Virus record (IMG/VR): IMGVR_UViG_3300037631_002861
Span: 1 to 25,733 of that record
Source of the DNA: a virus
Lineage: Duplodnaviria; Caudoviricetes
DNA: 25,733 nucleotides
Strand: one strand, 5' to 3'
Within the stretch, counting starts at the first letter, position 1. Every line of letters begins with the position of its first letter. The notes below the pieces were generated by a model. The model saw nothing but the letters and a program-made list of their open reading frames with translations. It did no database searches and was not told the DNA's origin. Shown here piece after piece: positions 1 to 7,654 of this stretch. The position numbers were made by a program, and so were the translations under genes.

Positions 1-2
1 CT

Positions 3-974
3 CTCCCAACAGATCCTCTTCAGCATATTGATGGCAAAGGAGAAATTGCTTTGTGTATTCTCTCTGCCATTAATGTTGGCAAAGTTCGTACTGATGATGA
101 GTTGGAAGATCTATGTGATCTTTCGGTTCGTAGTCTTGAAGAACTGATTGATTATCAGAAGTATCCTATTATTGCTGCTGAATTAGCCACAAAGGCACGT
201 AGATCCCTTGGAATTGGTTATATCGGTCTTGCACATTATCTTGCTAAACTTGGATTCAAATATGACTCACAGGAGGCGTGGGACGCCGTTCATGGACTGT
301 CAGAATCTTTCCAATATTTCCTTCTAAAATCATCAAATCAGATTGCCAAAGAGAAAGGTGCATGTGAATATTTCCATAGGACTAAATATGCAAACGGTGT
401 CTTACCAATTGACACATACAAGAAAGATGTAAACGAGATTACAAGTATTGATTATGAGCACGATTGGGAATCTCTTAGGACATCTATCACTACCTACGGA
501 CTTAGGCACTCAACATTGTCAGCACAAATGCCTTCGGAGAGCAGTTCCGTTGTGTCAAACGCAACCAATGGGATCGAACCTCCTCGCGGATATTTGTCCG
601 TTAAGAAGTCCAAAAAAGGCCCTCTTAAGCAAATTGTTCCTGGGTTCAATACATTAAAAAATAATTATACTTTGCTGTGGGACATGAAATCCAACGATGG
701 ATATGTTAAAATAGTCTCGGTGATGCAAAAATTCTTTGATCAAGCCATCAGTGGAAACTGGAGTTATAATCCAGAAAACTATCCCGACAATGAAGTCCCT
801 GTATCGGTCATGGCAAATGATCTTTTAACTACATATAAGTACGGGTGGAAAACATCATATTATCAAAACACGTATGATAATAAGACCGATGAGGTCGATG
901 ATAAAATTGACAAGTTAAATTCATTAATTCAAGAAATCGAAGCGGAGGAAGACTGTGAGTCTTGTACAATTTAA
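3..974 (+). CDS. nrdA: Ribonucleotide reductase class Ia alpha subunit, C-terminal part (5'-truncated by the window edge)
   Basis: Frame open from position 3 (LPTDPLQHIDGKGEIALCILSAIN). Motifs RRSLGIG, GLRHSTLSAQMPSESSS, NGIEP, KYGWKTSYY and the C-terminal redox Cys pair CESCTI. Confidence 0.98.
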   Translation, partial: LPTDPLQHIDGKGEIALCILSAINVGKVRTDDELEDLCDLSVRSLEELIDYQKYPIIAAELATKARRSLGIGYIGLAHYLAKLGFKYDSQEAWDAVHGLSESFQYFLLKSSNQIAKEKGACEYFHRTKYANGVLPIDTYKKDVNEITSIDYEHDWESLRTSITTYGLRHSTLSAQMPSESSSVVSNATNGIEPPRGYLSVKKSKKGPLKQIVPGFNTLKNNYTLLWDMKSNDGYVKIVSVMQKFFDQAISGNWSYNPENYPDNEVPVSVMANDLLTTYKYGWKTSYYQNTYDNKTDEVDDKIDKLNSLIQEIEAEEDCESCTI

Positions 975-2145
975 GACAAATGAGCCATCAAAATATAATA
1001 TGAAAGTAGATTCAATTACAGTTTTCAACTCTCAACCTGTAAACACCCTAAAGCAACCAATGTTTTTTGGTGCTCCACTAGGAGTGCAGAGATATGATAC
1101 TTACAAGTATCCTGTCTTTGATAAATTGACAACTCAACAACTGGGGTATTTCTGGCGTCCTGAGGAGGTTTCTCTCCAAAAGGATCGTGCAGATTATCAA
1201 ACTTTACGTCCAGAGCAAAAGCACATCTTTACTTCCAATTTGAAGTATCAAGTCATGCTAGACTCTGTACAGGGAAGAGGCCCTGGTATGGCGTTCGCGC
1301 CTTACTGCTCTCTCCCTGAACTCGAAGCCTGTATGAAGGTCTGGGAATTTATGGAGATGATCCATAGTCGTTCCTACACATACATTATTAAAAATGTATA
1401 TGCCAACCCTTCAGAAATCTTCGATACCATACTCCAAGATCCTAAGATTCTAGAGAGAGCAACAGCTGTCACTGAATCTTATGATGATTTTATATCAAGT
1501 GCTGCAGAATATGCTAGCAGTAACATGTGGAAACACGTCTTGGATGAGGTTCCTGTAGCCGAATCAACTCTCTATGAACTTAAAAGAAAACTCTATCGAG
1601 CAGTCGCTAATGTCAACATCCTGGAAGGAATTAGATTCTATGTCTCCTTCGCATGTTCGTTCGCATTTGGAGAACTTAAGCTTATGGAAGGATCGGCTAA
1701 AATCATTAGCCTTATCTCCAGGGACGAAAACCAACACTTGGTCATCACACAGAACATCTTAAACAAGTGGAGACAAGGTGATGATCCTGACATGCAAAAA
1801 ATTGCTATCGAAGAGCAGGATTGGGTAGTTAGAACATTTGAATCAGCAGTCAACCAAGAAAAACTTTGGGCAGAATATCTGTTCAAGAATGGTTCAATGA
1901 TTGGTTTGAATGACAAACTACTAAAAAATTATGTGGAATGGATTGCAAATCGTCGCATGAAAGCTATTGGTATCAAACCAATTTATGATATTGCAGCGAA
2001 AAACAATCCACTTCCTTGGACTGAACATTGGATTTCTTCTAAAGGACTCCAAGTAGCACCACAAGAAACTGAGGTTGAAAGTTATGTCGTTGGTGGAATC
2101 AAGCAAGATGTCAAAAAAGACTCCTTCACAGGATTCAAACTTTGA
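955..2145 (+). CDS. nrdB: Ribonucleotide reductase class Ia beta subunit
   Basis: FWRPEEV, EMIHSRSY (iron ligands and radical Tyr), LEGIRFYVSFACSF, RDENQH, VAPQETEVESY. GTG start overlaps the nrdA end; ATG at 1000 is an alternative start. Confidence 0.98.
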   Translation: MSLVQFKTNEPSKYNMKVDSITVFNSQPVNTLKQPMFFGAPLGVQRYDTYKYPVFDKLTTQQLGYFWRPEEVSLQKDRADYQTLRPEQKHIFTSNLKYQVMLDSVQGRGPGMAFAPYCSLPELEACMKVWEFMEMIHSRSYTYIIKNVYANPSEIFDTILQDPKILERATAVTESYDDFISSAAEYASSNMWKHVLDEVPVAESTLYELKRKLYRAVANVNILEGIRFYVSFACSFAFGELKLMEGSAKIISLISRDENQHLVITQNILNKWRQGDDPDMQKIAIEEQDWVVRTFESAVNQEKLWAEYLFKNGSMIGLNDKLLKNYVEWIANRRMKAIGIKPIYDIAAKNNPLPWTEHWISSKGLQVAPQETEVESYVVGGIKQDVKKDSFTGFKL

Positions 2146-2227
2146 CGAGTTTAAAAAAATATGGGAAGAGATGGATCGTATTGAACCATTGACTCCCATC
2201 GTATCATATAAACAAAATACGTTATGA
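2108..2227 (+). CDS. Small hypothetical protein (39 aa, MSKKTPSQDSNFDEFKKIWEEMDRIEPLTPIVSYKQNTL)
   Basis: Translated by hand. Fills the gap after nrdB and ends in an ATGA overlap with the next gene. Confidence 0.5.
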   Translation: MSKKTPSQDSNFDEFKKIWEEMDRIEPLTPIVSYKQNTL

Positions 2228-2844
2228 TTATATGGAGATCAAACTTCAAATTTGATGAACATAAAATTGACAAGATAATTTTAGAAACAACTAAAAATTA
2301 TCCAGTCATTTCCGAAGAAGATGTGGGTCTCTCATCTTCTTTTTTTGAGCCTGATCTTTTAAAAAGACCAGAAGCAATTTTTCTGGATACTTACTCTGAA
2401 AAAATTGCTTCTGCAATGAAAGATCTTGGACTTCATCATAGAGCACAGTATTCTTTTGACCATTGGTTGCAAGTATATTCATCAGATATCGCAACGCATA
2501 AGGTTCATGATCACTATAGTAGTATGCTTATTTTAAGTTGGGTTCACTTCATACGCCCAACTGAAGATAAGTGTTTTTATTTTTATGATTCTGAAGCAAA
2601 TAAAACTTACCCAAAACAAGACAAGGGAGACTTTATAATTTTTCCATCATGGGCTTTACATGCAGTCTCTGGAAAAAAAGGTAGGTCTGTTATTGCTGGA
2701 AATATTGTTTTGAATGAGTTGTATAGTAGAGAGAATCGTTATGAGGACTTATGTCATATGAATGAAATGATTGACGATGAAACCATTATATCAAAAAGAA
2801 CAATGGTCAATTCAACTGTTGACTGGGAAGCATTCCTATTTTAA
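2224..2844 (+). CDS. 2OG-Fe(II) oxygenase-superfamily protein
   Basis: HKVHDH, LSWVHFI, GDFIIFPSWALHAV and RSVIAGNI match the double-stranded beta-helix pattern of cyanophage oxygenases. Confidence 0.8.
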   Translation: MIIWRSNFKFDEHKIDKIILETTKNYPVISEEDVGLSSSFFEPDLLKRPEAIFLDTYSEKIASAMKDLGLHHRAQYSFDHWLQVYSSDIATHKVHDHYSSMLILSWVHFIRPTEDKCFYFYDSEANKTYPKQDKGDFIIFPSWALHAVSGKKGRSVIAGNIVLNELYSRENRYEDLCHMNEMIDDETIISKRTMVNSTVDWEAFLF

Positions 2845-2857
2845 TAACCTCTTTTTT

Positions 2858-2865
2858 TATAAATA
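2858..2865 (+). promoter_or_regulatory. T4-type late promoter TATAAATA
   Basis: Exact T4 late consensus, intergenic, 28 nt before the ATG at 2894. Confidence 0.8.
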
Positions 2866-2893
2866 AAAGCAGGAAAAAAGTTGTTTCAAAAAA

Positions 2894-4243
2894 ATGCAGC
2901 CCTCTAATCAATTAAAAGGACTAGTTGAGTCATATAATTCTGTATATGCCAACAGACAGGAACTCGAAGAAGCAAAACTTATTGCTGAGAGTGTCATCAA
3001 CTCTGTAGGCGTTTATATGGTTGAACAGGGTTATACTGAGTCCGATGTATCAGATTTCTTTAAGACTTCATCAATCGCTAAAATTGATGATGTATTTGAA
3101 GAGTCAATTCATTCACAAACAGTTTATCCCTATCTAAACGAGTCACTTCTATTTGAAACTCATCTAAGATATATTCCTGGTGCCATGGCAACCAGAATGA
3201 AAAATGAGTCTCCTGAACTTGTGAATCAACTTTCTCAACAGATTGTTGAGTTCATTAAGCTCCAAGGCGGAAAGACTGGAGAGAAGATTGGTAGAGGGAT
3301 TCGTAGATTTGTTGGTGGTGGTGTTAAATCCGCTGTTAAAAGCGCCAAAGGTATTGCCAAAGGTGCTGCAGATGTTGCTGGAGCAGGACTCCAAGGTCTT
3401 GCTGGTAATACAACCACTTCTAAGAATCCTCTTGCAAGATCGCAAAATGCTGTTGGTAGAGCCGTTACCGCCCCTGCTAGAACTACCGCTGGTGTTATTG
3501 GTGGTGTTGCTCGTGGCCTAATGGGTGGTGGATCAAAATCAACTCCTAAAAAACCCTACAAGGGTCCTGGTGGTAATCCATCTGGATCAGGTGAAGGTCA
3601 AGCACAACAGCGCCAGCCACAACCTGGTAGTCCTGAGAAATCATCTAAATCCCCAACTACTCCCGGTCCCGGCAGCAAAGGTGGATCTGGTGGTGGAGCA
3701 TCTAGACCTTCTGGTGGAGCATCCAGACCTGCACCCGCTGCAAAACCTGCAAAACCTACACTTACTGCGAAACAAACTGCAAGTAACGCCGAGTATGATC
3801 GACTAAGAAAGTCTGATCCTGCTGCTGCTAAGAAGTTTGGCATGGCTGCATCCAAGTCCAACAAGCCTAAAACTTCTAATCCTTTGATGTCTTCTCCTGC
3901 ATCAAAGGCACCTTCTGGAAGAACTGCACTCAAGTCAAGTCGTTTGAGTGCTGCATTGGATGGAGTTAAGAAGGTCAAGAAGGAGTCCAGTGAACTAGAC
4001 CTAGTTCTTCAGCACCTCGTCTCTGAGGGCATTGCAGACTCCCTACAAGGCGCTATGGTCATGGTTGAAGGAATGAGTGATCAGTTCATCAACAGCATCA
4101 TTGAGCAGGCTCAGATGGGTTCTGCGATGGTTGAATTCCTACTTCAGAACGGCGAAGCTGAAACTGTTGAGGAAGCACAATACATCATCTCTGAGTTAGA
4201 CGAAGAGAACATTGATCTTCTTATTCAGAGCATTAAATCCTGA
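2894..4243 (+). CDS. Probable virion/internal head protein with a Gly/Pro/Ser/Lys-rich central region and a duplicated acidic helical C-terminal module
   Basis: Preceded by a late promoter. N-terminal LVESYNSVY..LEE is typical of cyanomyovirus structural proteins. Two related C-terminal units (LQHLVSEGIADSLQGAMVMVEGMSDQFINSIIE; VEFLLQNGEAETVEEAQYIISELDEENIDLLIQ). Confidence 0.65.
   Translation: MQPSNQLKGLVESYNSVYANRQELEEAKLIAESVINSVGVYMVEQGYTESDVSDFFKTSSIAKIDDVFEESIHSQTVYPYLNESLLFETHLRYIPGAMATRMKNESPELVNQLSQQIVEFIKLQGGKTGEKIGRGIRRFVGGGVKSAVKSAKGIAKGAADVAGAGLQGLAGNTTTSKNPLARSQNAVGRAVTAPARTTAGVIGGVARGLMGGGSKSTPKKPYKGPGGNPSGSGEGQAQQRQPQPGSPEKSSKSPTTPGPGSKGGSGGGASRPSGGASRPAPAAKPAKPTLTAKQTASNAEYDRLRKSDPAAAKKFGMAASKSNKPKTSNPLMSSPASKAPSGRTALKSSRLSAALDGVKKVKKESSELDLVLQHLVSEGIADSLQGAMVMVEGMSDQFINSIIEQAQMGSAMVEFLLQNGEAETVEEAQYIISELDEENIDLLIQSIKS
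3691..3730 (+). repeat. Tandem direct repeat TGGTGGAGCATC(T/C)AGACCT x2, 21-nt period (GGASRP)
   Basis: Copies at 3691-3709 and 3712-3730 differ by one base. Confidence 0.8.
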
Positions 4244-4261
4244 TTCTCAATCAATTTTCTG

Positions 4262-4290
4262 AAGGGGGCCTTGACAGGTCCCCTTTTTTT
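4262..4290 (+). terminator. Rho-independent terminator
   Basis: Stem GGGGGCC/GGTCCCC, loop TTGACA, followed by T7. Confidence 0.9.
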
Positions 4291-4299
4291 ATGTACAAT
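4271..4299 (+). promoter_or_regulatory. sigma70-type (early) promoter TTGACA-N17-TACAAT
   Basis: -35 at 4271-4276 (the terminator loop), -10 at 4294-4299. Confidence 0.8.
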
Positions 4300-4322
4300 T
4301 GCCTTGTTAGAGGTAAAGAGGG

Positions 4323-4487
4323 ATGAACAAAGCTAAGCTTAAAGTTTTAGTAATGGCTCTCAAAGAGATCATCGAAGAACTTGAGTCTGAAGTTTATTCA
4401 GATACAGAGGCATATACAACACCAGTTCAAGGAATGGTTGGTGATTATGATGAAATATTTGATGACGATGATGGTTATCCAGACTAA
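4323..4487 (+). CDS. Small acidic hypothetical protein (54 aa, MNKAKLKVLVMALKEIIEELESEVYSD...DDDDGYPD)
   Basis: Translated by hand. Purine-rich RBS (AGAGGG) and an upstream promoter; below the ORF-track size cutoff. Confidence 0.8.
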   Translation: MNKAKLKVLVMALKEIIEELESEVYSDTEAYTTPVQGMVGDYDEIFDDDDGYPD

Positions 4488-4494
4488 CTAAATA
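4488..4494 (+). promoter_or_regulatory. Late-promoter-like CTAAATA
   Basis: TAAATA core in a short intergenic gap before 4517. Confidence 0.5.
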
Positions 4495-4516
4495 TTTTTA
4501 GTTTAGTCATGATTAT

Positions 4517-5008
4517 GTGGCAGAAAGTAAAGAATATGAGAATCCCTGGATCTATTGTGGCCGCGTCTTTGACGGGAGTCTTATTGGGGGTAACCATGGT
4601 TTTGTTTACAAGATCACCTGTAGCATCACCAATCGTTCCTACATTGGAAGAAAGTACTTCTGGCAAAAACGAAAGCCTAGAAGTAGTACTAATACTGGCA
4701 AGCGGCGAAGAGTTACTAGTGAAAGTGACTGGAGAAAGTACTATGGTAGTTGTCCAGAGCTTAAAGAGGATATTAAACAGTATGGACGGGAGTCTTTTGC
4801 TAGAGAAATCCTCTCCTTACACCTTACCCCTGGAAAAGTCAACTATGAAGAGACTCGCCAACTCTTCATCAATAATGTCCTGACCGAGGCCCTTGACAAC
4901 GGCACCCCTGCCTTCTATAATAGCAACATCCTTGGAAGGTACTACCGCAAAGATTATTTTAATTATGATAAAACGAACTCTGGTATTCACAGCACTGACA
5001 CTCACTAG
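4517..5008 (+). CDS. denA: GIY-YIG endonuclease, T4 endonuclease II-like
   Basis: GFVYKIT...YIGRK, ESDWRKYYGS, FAREIL and FYNSNI. Single catalytic domain with no C-terminal DNA-binding tail. Confidence 0.8.
   Translation: MAESKEYENPWIYCGRVFDGSLIGGNHGFVYKITCSITNRSYIGRKYFWQKRKPRSSTNTGKRRRVTSESDWRKYYGSCPELKEDIKQYGRESFAREILSLHLTPGKVNYEETRQLFINNVLTEALDNGTPAFYNSNILGRYYRKDYFNYDKTNSGIHSTDTH
4893..4921 (+). promoter_or_regulatory. Perfect sigma70 promoter TTGACA-N17-TATAAT inside the denA CDS
   Basis: -35 at 4893-4898, -10 at 4916-4921; lies 43 nt before the ATG at 4965. Confidence 0.8.
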
Positions 5009-5546
5009 TTCTGCTTGTGCATATCCTTCTATTACAGAAATTTCTGATCCACCAGCAGTAGAAGCACCAGTTGTCCAGTATGAACCCAATTGGAAGTGCG
5101 AAAACTGCACACCTGAAGAACAGTATGTTCTTGCAACACTACAGGAACTAACACTTATCAAAGATCGTAATGCTCTTGCTACGATCATGGGTAACATCAA
5201 ACAAGAGAGTAAGTTCATCTCCAACATCTGTGAAGGTGGTGCTCGGGTTTCCTATACCGAATGTAAGGCTGGAGGATTTGGTCTGATTCAATGGACTAGT
5301 ATCGGTCGCTACAGAGGACTTGGCAACTTCTGTGCTAAATATCAATGCGATCCCTCTTCACTCGAAGGTCAAGTTCGCTGGATGGTTAACGAACCTATTT
5401 TCCAACGTGTTCTTCCTGTATTTGAAGGGCATGATCAAAGTATTTCTTACTATATGCGGCCTGCATATACATGGTTGGGATGGGGAATCAAAGGTAATCG
5501 CGAAGTTTATGCTTGGGATTACGCTAAAAAACTAAATTGGTCTTAA
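4965..5546 (+). CDS. Phage-tail-type lysozyme (cell-wall hydrolase) with an N-terminal signal peptide
   Basis: ATIMGNIKQES (catalytic Glu), GFGLIQWT, SSLEGQVRWMVNE. N-terminus MIKRTLVFTALTLTSSACA looks like a signal peptide. ATG 4965 preferred over TTG 4893. Confidence 0.75.
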   Translation: MIKRTLVFTALTLTSSACAYPSITEISDPPAVEAPVVQYEPNWKCENCTPEEQYVLATLQELTLIKDRNALATIMGNIKQESKFISNICEGGARVSYTECKAGGFGLIQWTSIGRYRGLGNFCAKYQCDPSSLEGQVRWMVNEPIFQRVLPVFEGHDQSISYYMRPAYTWLGWGIKGNREVYAWDYAKKLNWS

Positions 5547-5551
5547 TAAAA

Positions 5552-6322
5552 ATGGTATACGAAATTAAAGAAAATTTTTTTGATGCTGAAACTCAAAAAA
5601 ATATTAATACCAGAGTATATGATCCAGAACTACCTTTAGATAATGATTACGAAGGGAAGGATATTGAAAGTTATATTCCAACTACGTTGGTGACGTATAT
5701 GGGTCCAGAAAGATTCTACCCAGTAATTTTAAAAAAATATTTGGAAGGTGAAGAATTTGAAATGAGCATCGAGCTGCTAGTCGATCTCTTTGAATATGAG
5801 GGTGTTGATTGCCCTAGAGAGAAATTGGTTGCAGCACTATCTCAGGATGATTTAGATCTAAGTCAATCTCAGACAGTTGCATTTGATGTTGATGATAATG
5901 AGGATGTAGAAGTTGATCTGGAAATTCCAGATCCTAGTAACTTTATTCCTCGTGAAGAAGAATTATATAAATCTTTGGTTAAAAAAATTGCAGATGAGTT
6001 TCCTAAGTATAAGGGTTACTTTCCCTATTTTGCTGTAATCAGAAGTATGGATAGTTGGGACTTTGATACTTTTCATAAGTCTGACAAAGAACATACGACC
6101 TTTTGTTACTTTACAAATTTGGAATATGATGTTGATAGAAGGGGAAGCTTAGATTTTCTGGTCGGAGAAAATGATGTAGATTCAATTTTACCATTACCGA
6201 ACAGACTTGTTAGATACGATTCTACAAGCACAATTAGGCATAATCCTTTTGTCCACCTTGAAGAAAAACCAGATTTTCAAAGATATGTTATTGAACTAAA
6301 ATATGCGGTGCCATTTGAATAA
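5552..6322 (+). CDS. Divergent 2OG-Fe(II) oxygenase-like protein with an acidic insertion
   Basis: ENFFD near the N-terminus, FHKSD..TTFCYFTN, RGSLDF, PLPNRLVRYD...H and RYVIELKY. Confidence 0.6.
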   Translation: MVYEIKENFFDAETQKNINTRVYDPELPLDNDYEGKDIESYIPTTLVTYMGPERFYPVILKKYLEGEEFEMSIELLVDLFEYEGVDCPREKLVAALSQDDLDLSQSQTVAFDVDDNEDVEVDLEIPDPSNFIPREEELYKSLVKKIADEFPKYKGYFPYFAVIRSMDSWDFDTFHKSDKEHTTFCYFTNLEYDVDRRGSLDFLVGENDVDSILPLPNRLVRYDSTSTIRHNPFVHLEEKPDFQRYVIELKYAVPFE

Positions 6323-6327
6323 TTTTT

Positions 6328-6867
6328 ATGGATTATAAAATACATAAATCTGAATTGGTAGTTGACAATCAAAATGAATTTGTAAATCTAATTGATCAGG
6401 CCTATGATCTTCATCAAGAAGTAATGAATGGTGAAGATTCTACTTGGTCTTATTATAAGTATAACTTTTTCACTTTAACTGCACCATCACAATTATCACA
6501 TAAGTTATTCATTGAACTCAAAAATTTAATTAATGAATATATTCCAAGTGATCAATCAAAATGGATGCAGTGTTGGATCAATTATCATTATCCAAGACAA
6601 GTTTTAAACTGGCATAATCATGAGTGGGATTATCATGGATATATAAGTATAGATCCAAAGAAATCAAGAACAGTCTTTAATGACTATGAGATTGAAAATG
6701 AAGTCGGTAACATTTACATAGGCCCAGGATACAGGGAACATAAAGTTGTTGTCGATGAAGATTTTGATACTCCAAGAATAACTTTAGGGTTTGATATCTA
6801 TTTGAATAATCCAAATGAAGAAGAAGAATTAAATGAAATGTTCTCGTTAATTCCAATTGATGGATAA
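6328..6867 (+). CDS. 2OG-Fe(II) oxygenase-like protein
   Basis: CWINYH..LNWHNH, HGYISID, IYIGPGYREHKV and RITLGFD. Confidence 0.65.
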   Translation: MDYKIHKSELVVDNQNEFVNLIDQAYDLHQEVMNGEDSTWSYYKYNFFTLTAPSQLSHKLFIELKNLINEYIPSDQSKWMQCWINYHYPRQVLNWHNHEWDYHGYISIDPKKSRTVFNDYEIENEVGNIYIGPGYREHKVVVDEDFDTPRITLGFDIYLNNPNEEEELNEMFSLIPIDG

Positions 6868-7066
6868 TTTAAGTAAGTATGAGTTTGGAGGCCTTGACAG
6901 ACATCCAGCTAACGTGTTAAGATTACTGAGTGAACTTGAAGGATCTTATCAACTTCTAAAGTACATGGGTTTCCAAGATGATATGGATACCCTTGATGAA
7001 ATGAAAAAGAGGTACTACAAACTCTATTTCAAACTCAATAAAGAGTTAACAAACAAGGGCAAGTAG
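6860..7066 (+). CDS. Hypothetical protein (68 aa)
   Basis: ORF overlapping the previous gene's end; its last 10 nt overlap tRNA-Arg. Confidence 0.75.
   Translation: MDNLSKYEFGGLDRHPANVLRLLSELEGSYQLLKYMGFQDDMDTLDEMKKRYYKLYFKLNKELTNKGK
6894..6923 (+). promoter_or_regulatory. Putative internal sigma70 promoter TTGACA-N18-TAAGAT with extended -10 (TGn), upstream of the tRNA cluster
   Basis: -35 at 6894-6899, TG at 6915-6916, -10 at 6918-6923. Confidence 0.5.
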
Positions 7067-7130
7067 CTCAGTGGATTAGAGCAAGGCACTTCTAATGCCT
7101 CGGTCGGGGGTTCGAGTCCCTCCTTGCCCG
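7057..7130 (+). tRNA. trnR: tRNA-Arg(TCT)
   Basis: Acceptor GGGCAAG/CTTGCCC, D-arm GCTC..GAGC, anticodon loop CTTCTAA, T-loop GGTTCGAGTCC. No encoded CCA. Confidence 0.97.
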
Positions 7131-7132
7131 TT

Positions 7133-7176
7133 GGGGGAGTATATAAAAAGATCTTCTCCTACGCAGAAGCGCCCCC
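7133..7176 (+). ncRNA. Candidate small structured RNA between two tRNAs
   Basis: Outer stem GGGGG(7133-7137)/CCCCC(7172-7176), inner hairpin CTTCT(7153-7157)/AGAAG(7165-7169), A-rich internal loop. Not a cloverleaf. Confidence 0.5.
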
Positions 7177-7185
7177 TTTCAATAT

Positions 7186-7258
7186 TCCCCTGTAGCTCAG
7201 TTGGTAGAGCAGGTGACTGTTAATCACCCTGTCCCTGGTTCGAGTCCAGGTGGGGGAG
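7186..7258 (+). tRNA. trnN: tRNA-Asn(GTT)
   Basis: Acceptor TCCCCTG/TGGGGGA, anticodon loop CTGTTAA, T-loop GGTTCGAGTCC. Confidence 0.97.
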
Positions 7259-7261
7259 TAT

Positions 7262-7332
7262 GCGGGATTAGTTTAGAGGCAAAACTAAAGGTTTCCAACC
7301 TTTCGTCATCGGTTCGATTCCGATATCCCGCT
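7262..7332 (+). tRNA. trnG: tRNA-Gly(TCC)
   Basis: Acceptor GCGGGAT/ATCCCGC, anticodon loop TTTCCAA, T-loop GGTTCGATTCC. Confidence 0.96.
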
Positions 7333-7405
7333 TTACAATATAAGCATAAATTTTTTCATATATAAGATTAGTAGACATACTAAAAACTTTATATGACGAG
7401 TTAAT

Positions 7406-7654
7406 ATGTTAGTTATAAGATGCAAAATGTGCAATACTGAATTGGCTAGTACAAGTAAAATTCAATGTTGTGGGTGTCCGAACATGATGAAAATCATAGA
7501 TGATACTGTCGGTGCAATGGATCTTAACCAAGTGGTTATGACCAATAATGAAAGTAATGTTAAGAAACAAGGACATCTGAGGTCAGATGATTTACAATAC
7601 CAAGAGGACCGACGCAAGCGTAAGGTTCGTAAACTAGATTTTGAAATCCGATGA
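7406..7654 (+). CDS. Small Zn-ribbon-like protein
   Basis: CKMC...CCGCPN and a basic C-terminus. Confidence 0.75.
   Translation: MLVIRCKMCNTELASTSKIQCCGCPNMMKIIDDTVGAMDLNQVVMTNNESNVKKQGHLRSDDLQYQEDRRKRKVRKLDFEIR

Noticed and set aside
1-2145. Intron or intein in nrdA/nrdB (common insertion targets)
   Set aside because: Both frames are continuous, nrdB is of normal length, and no splicing or homing-endonuclease motifs are visible in the part shown.
3164-3978. Several antisense and alternative-frame ORFs (3164-3445, 3235-3417, 3243-3521, 3525-3806, 3598-3978)
   Set aside because: Shadow frames expected from the GC-richer Gly/Ala/Pro codons of the sense gene; no motifs or expression signals.
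4517-5008. Mobile GIY-YIG homing endonuclease
   Set aside because: Single short domain with EndoII-type motifs and no C-terminal DNA-binding module.
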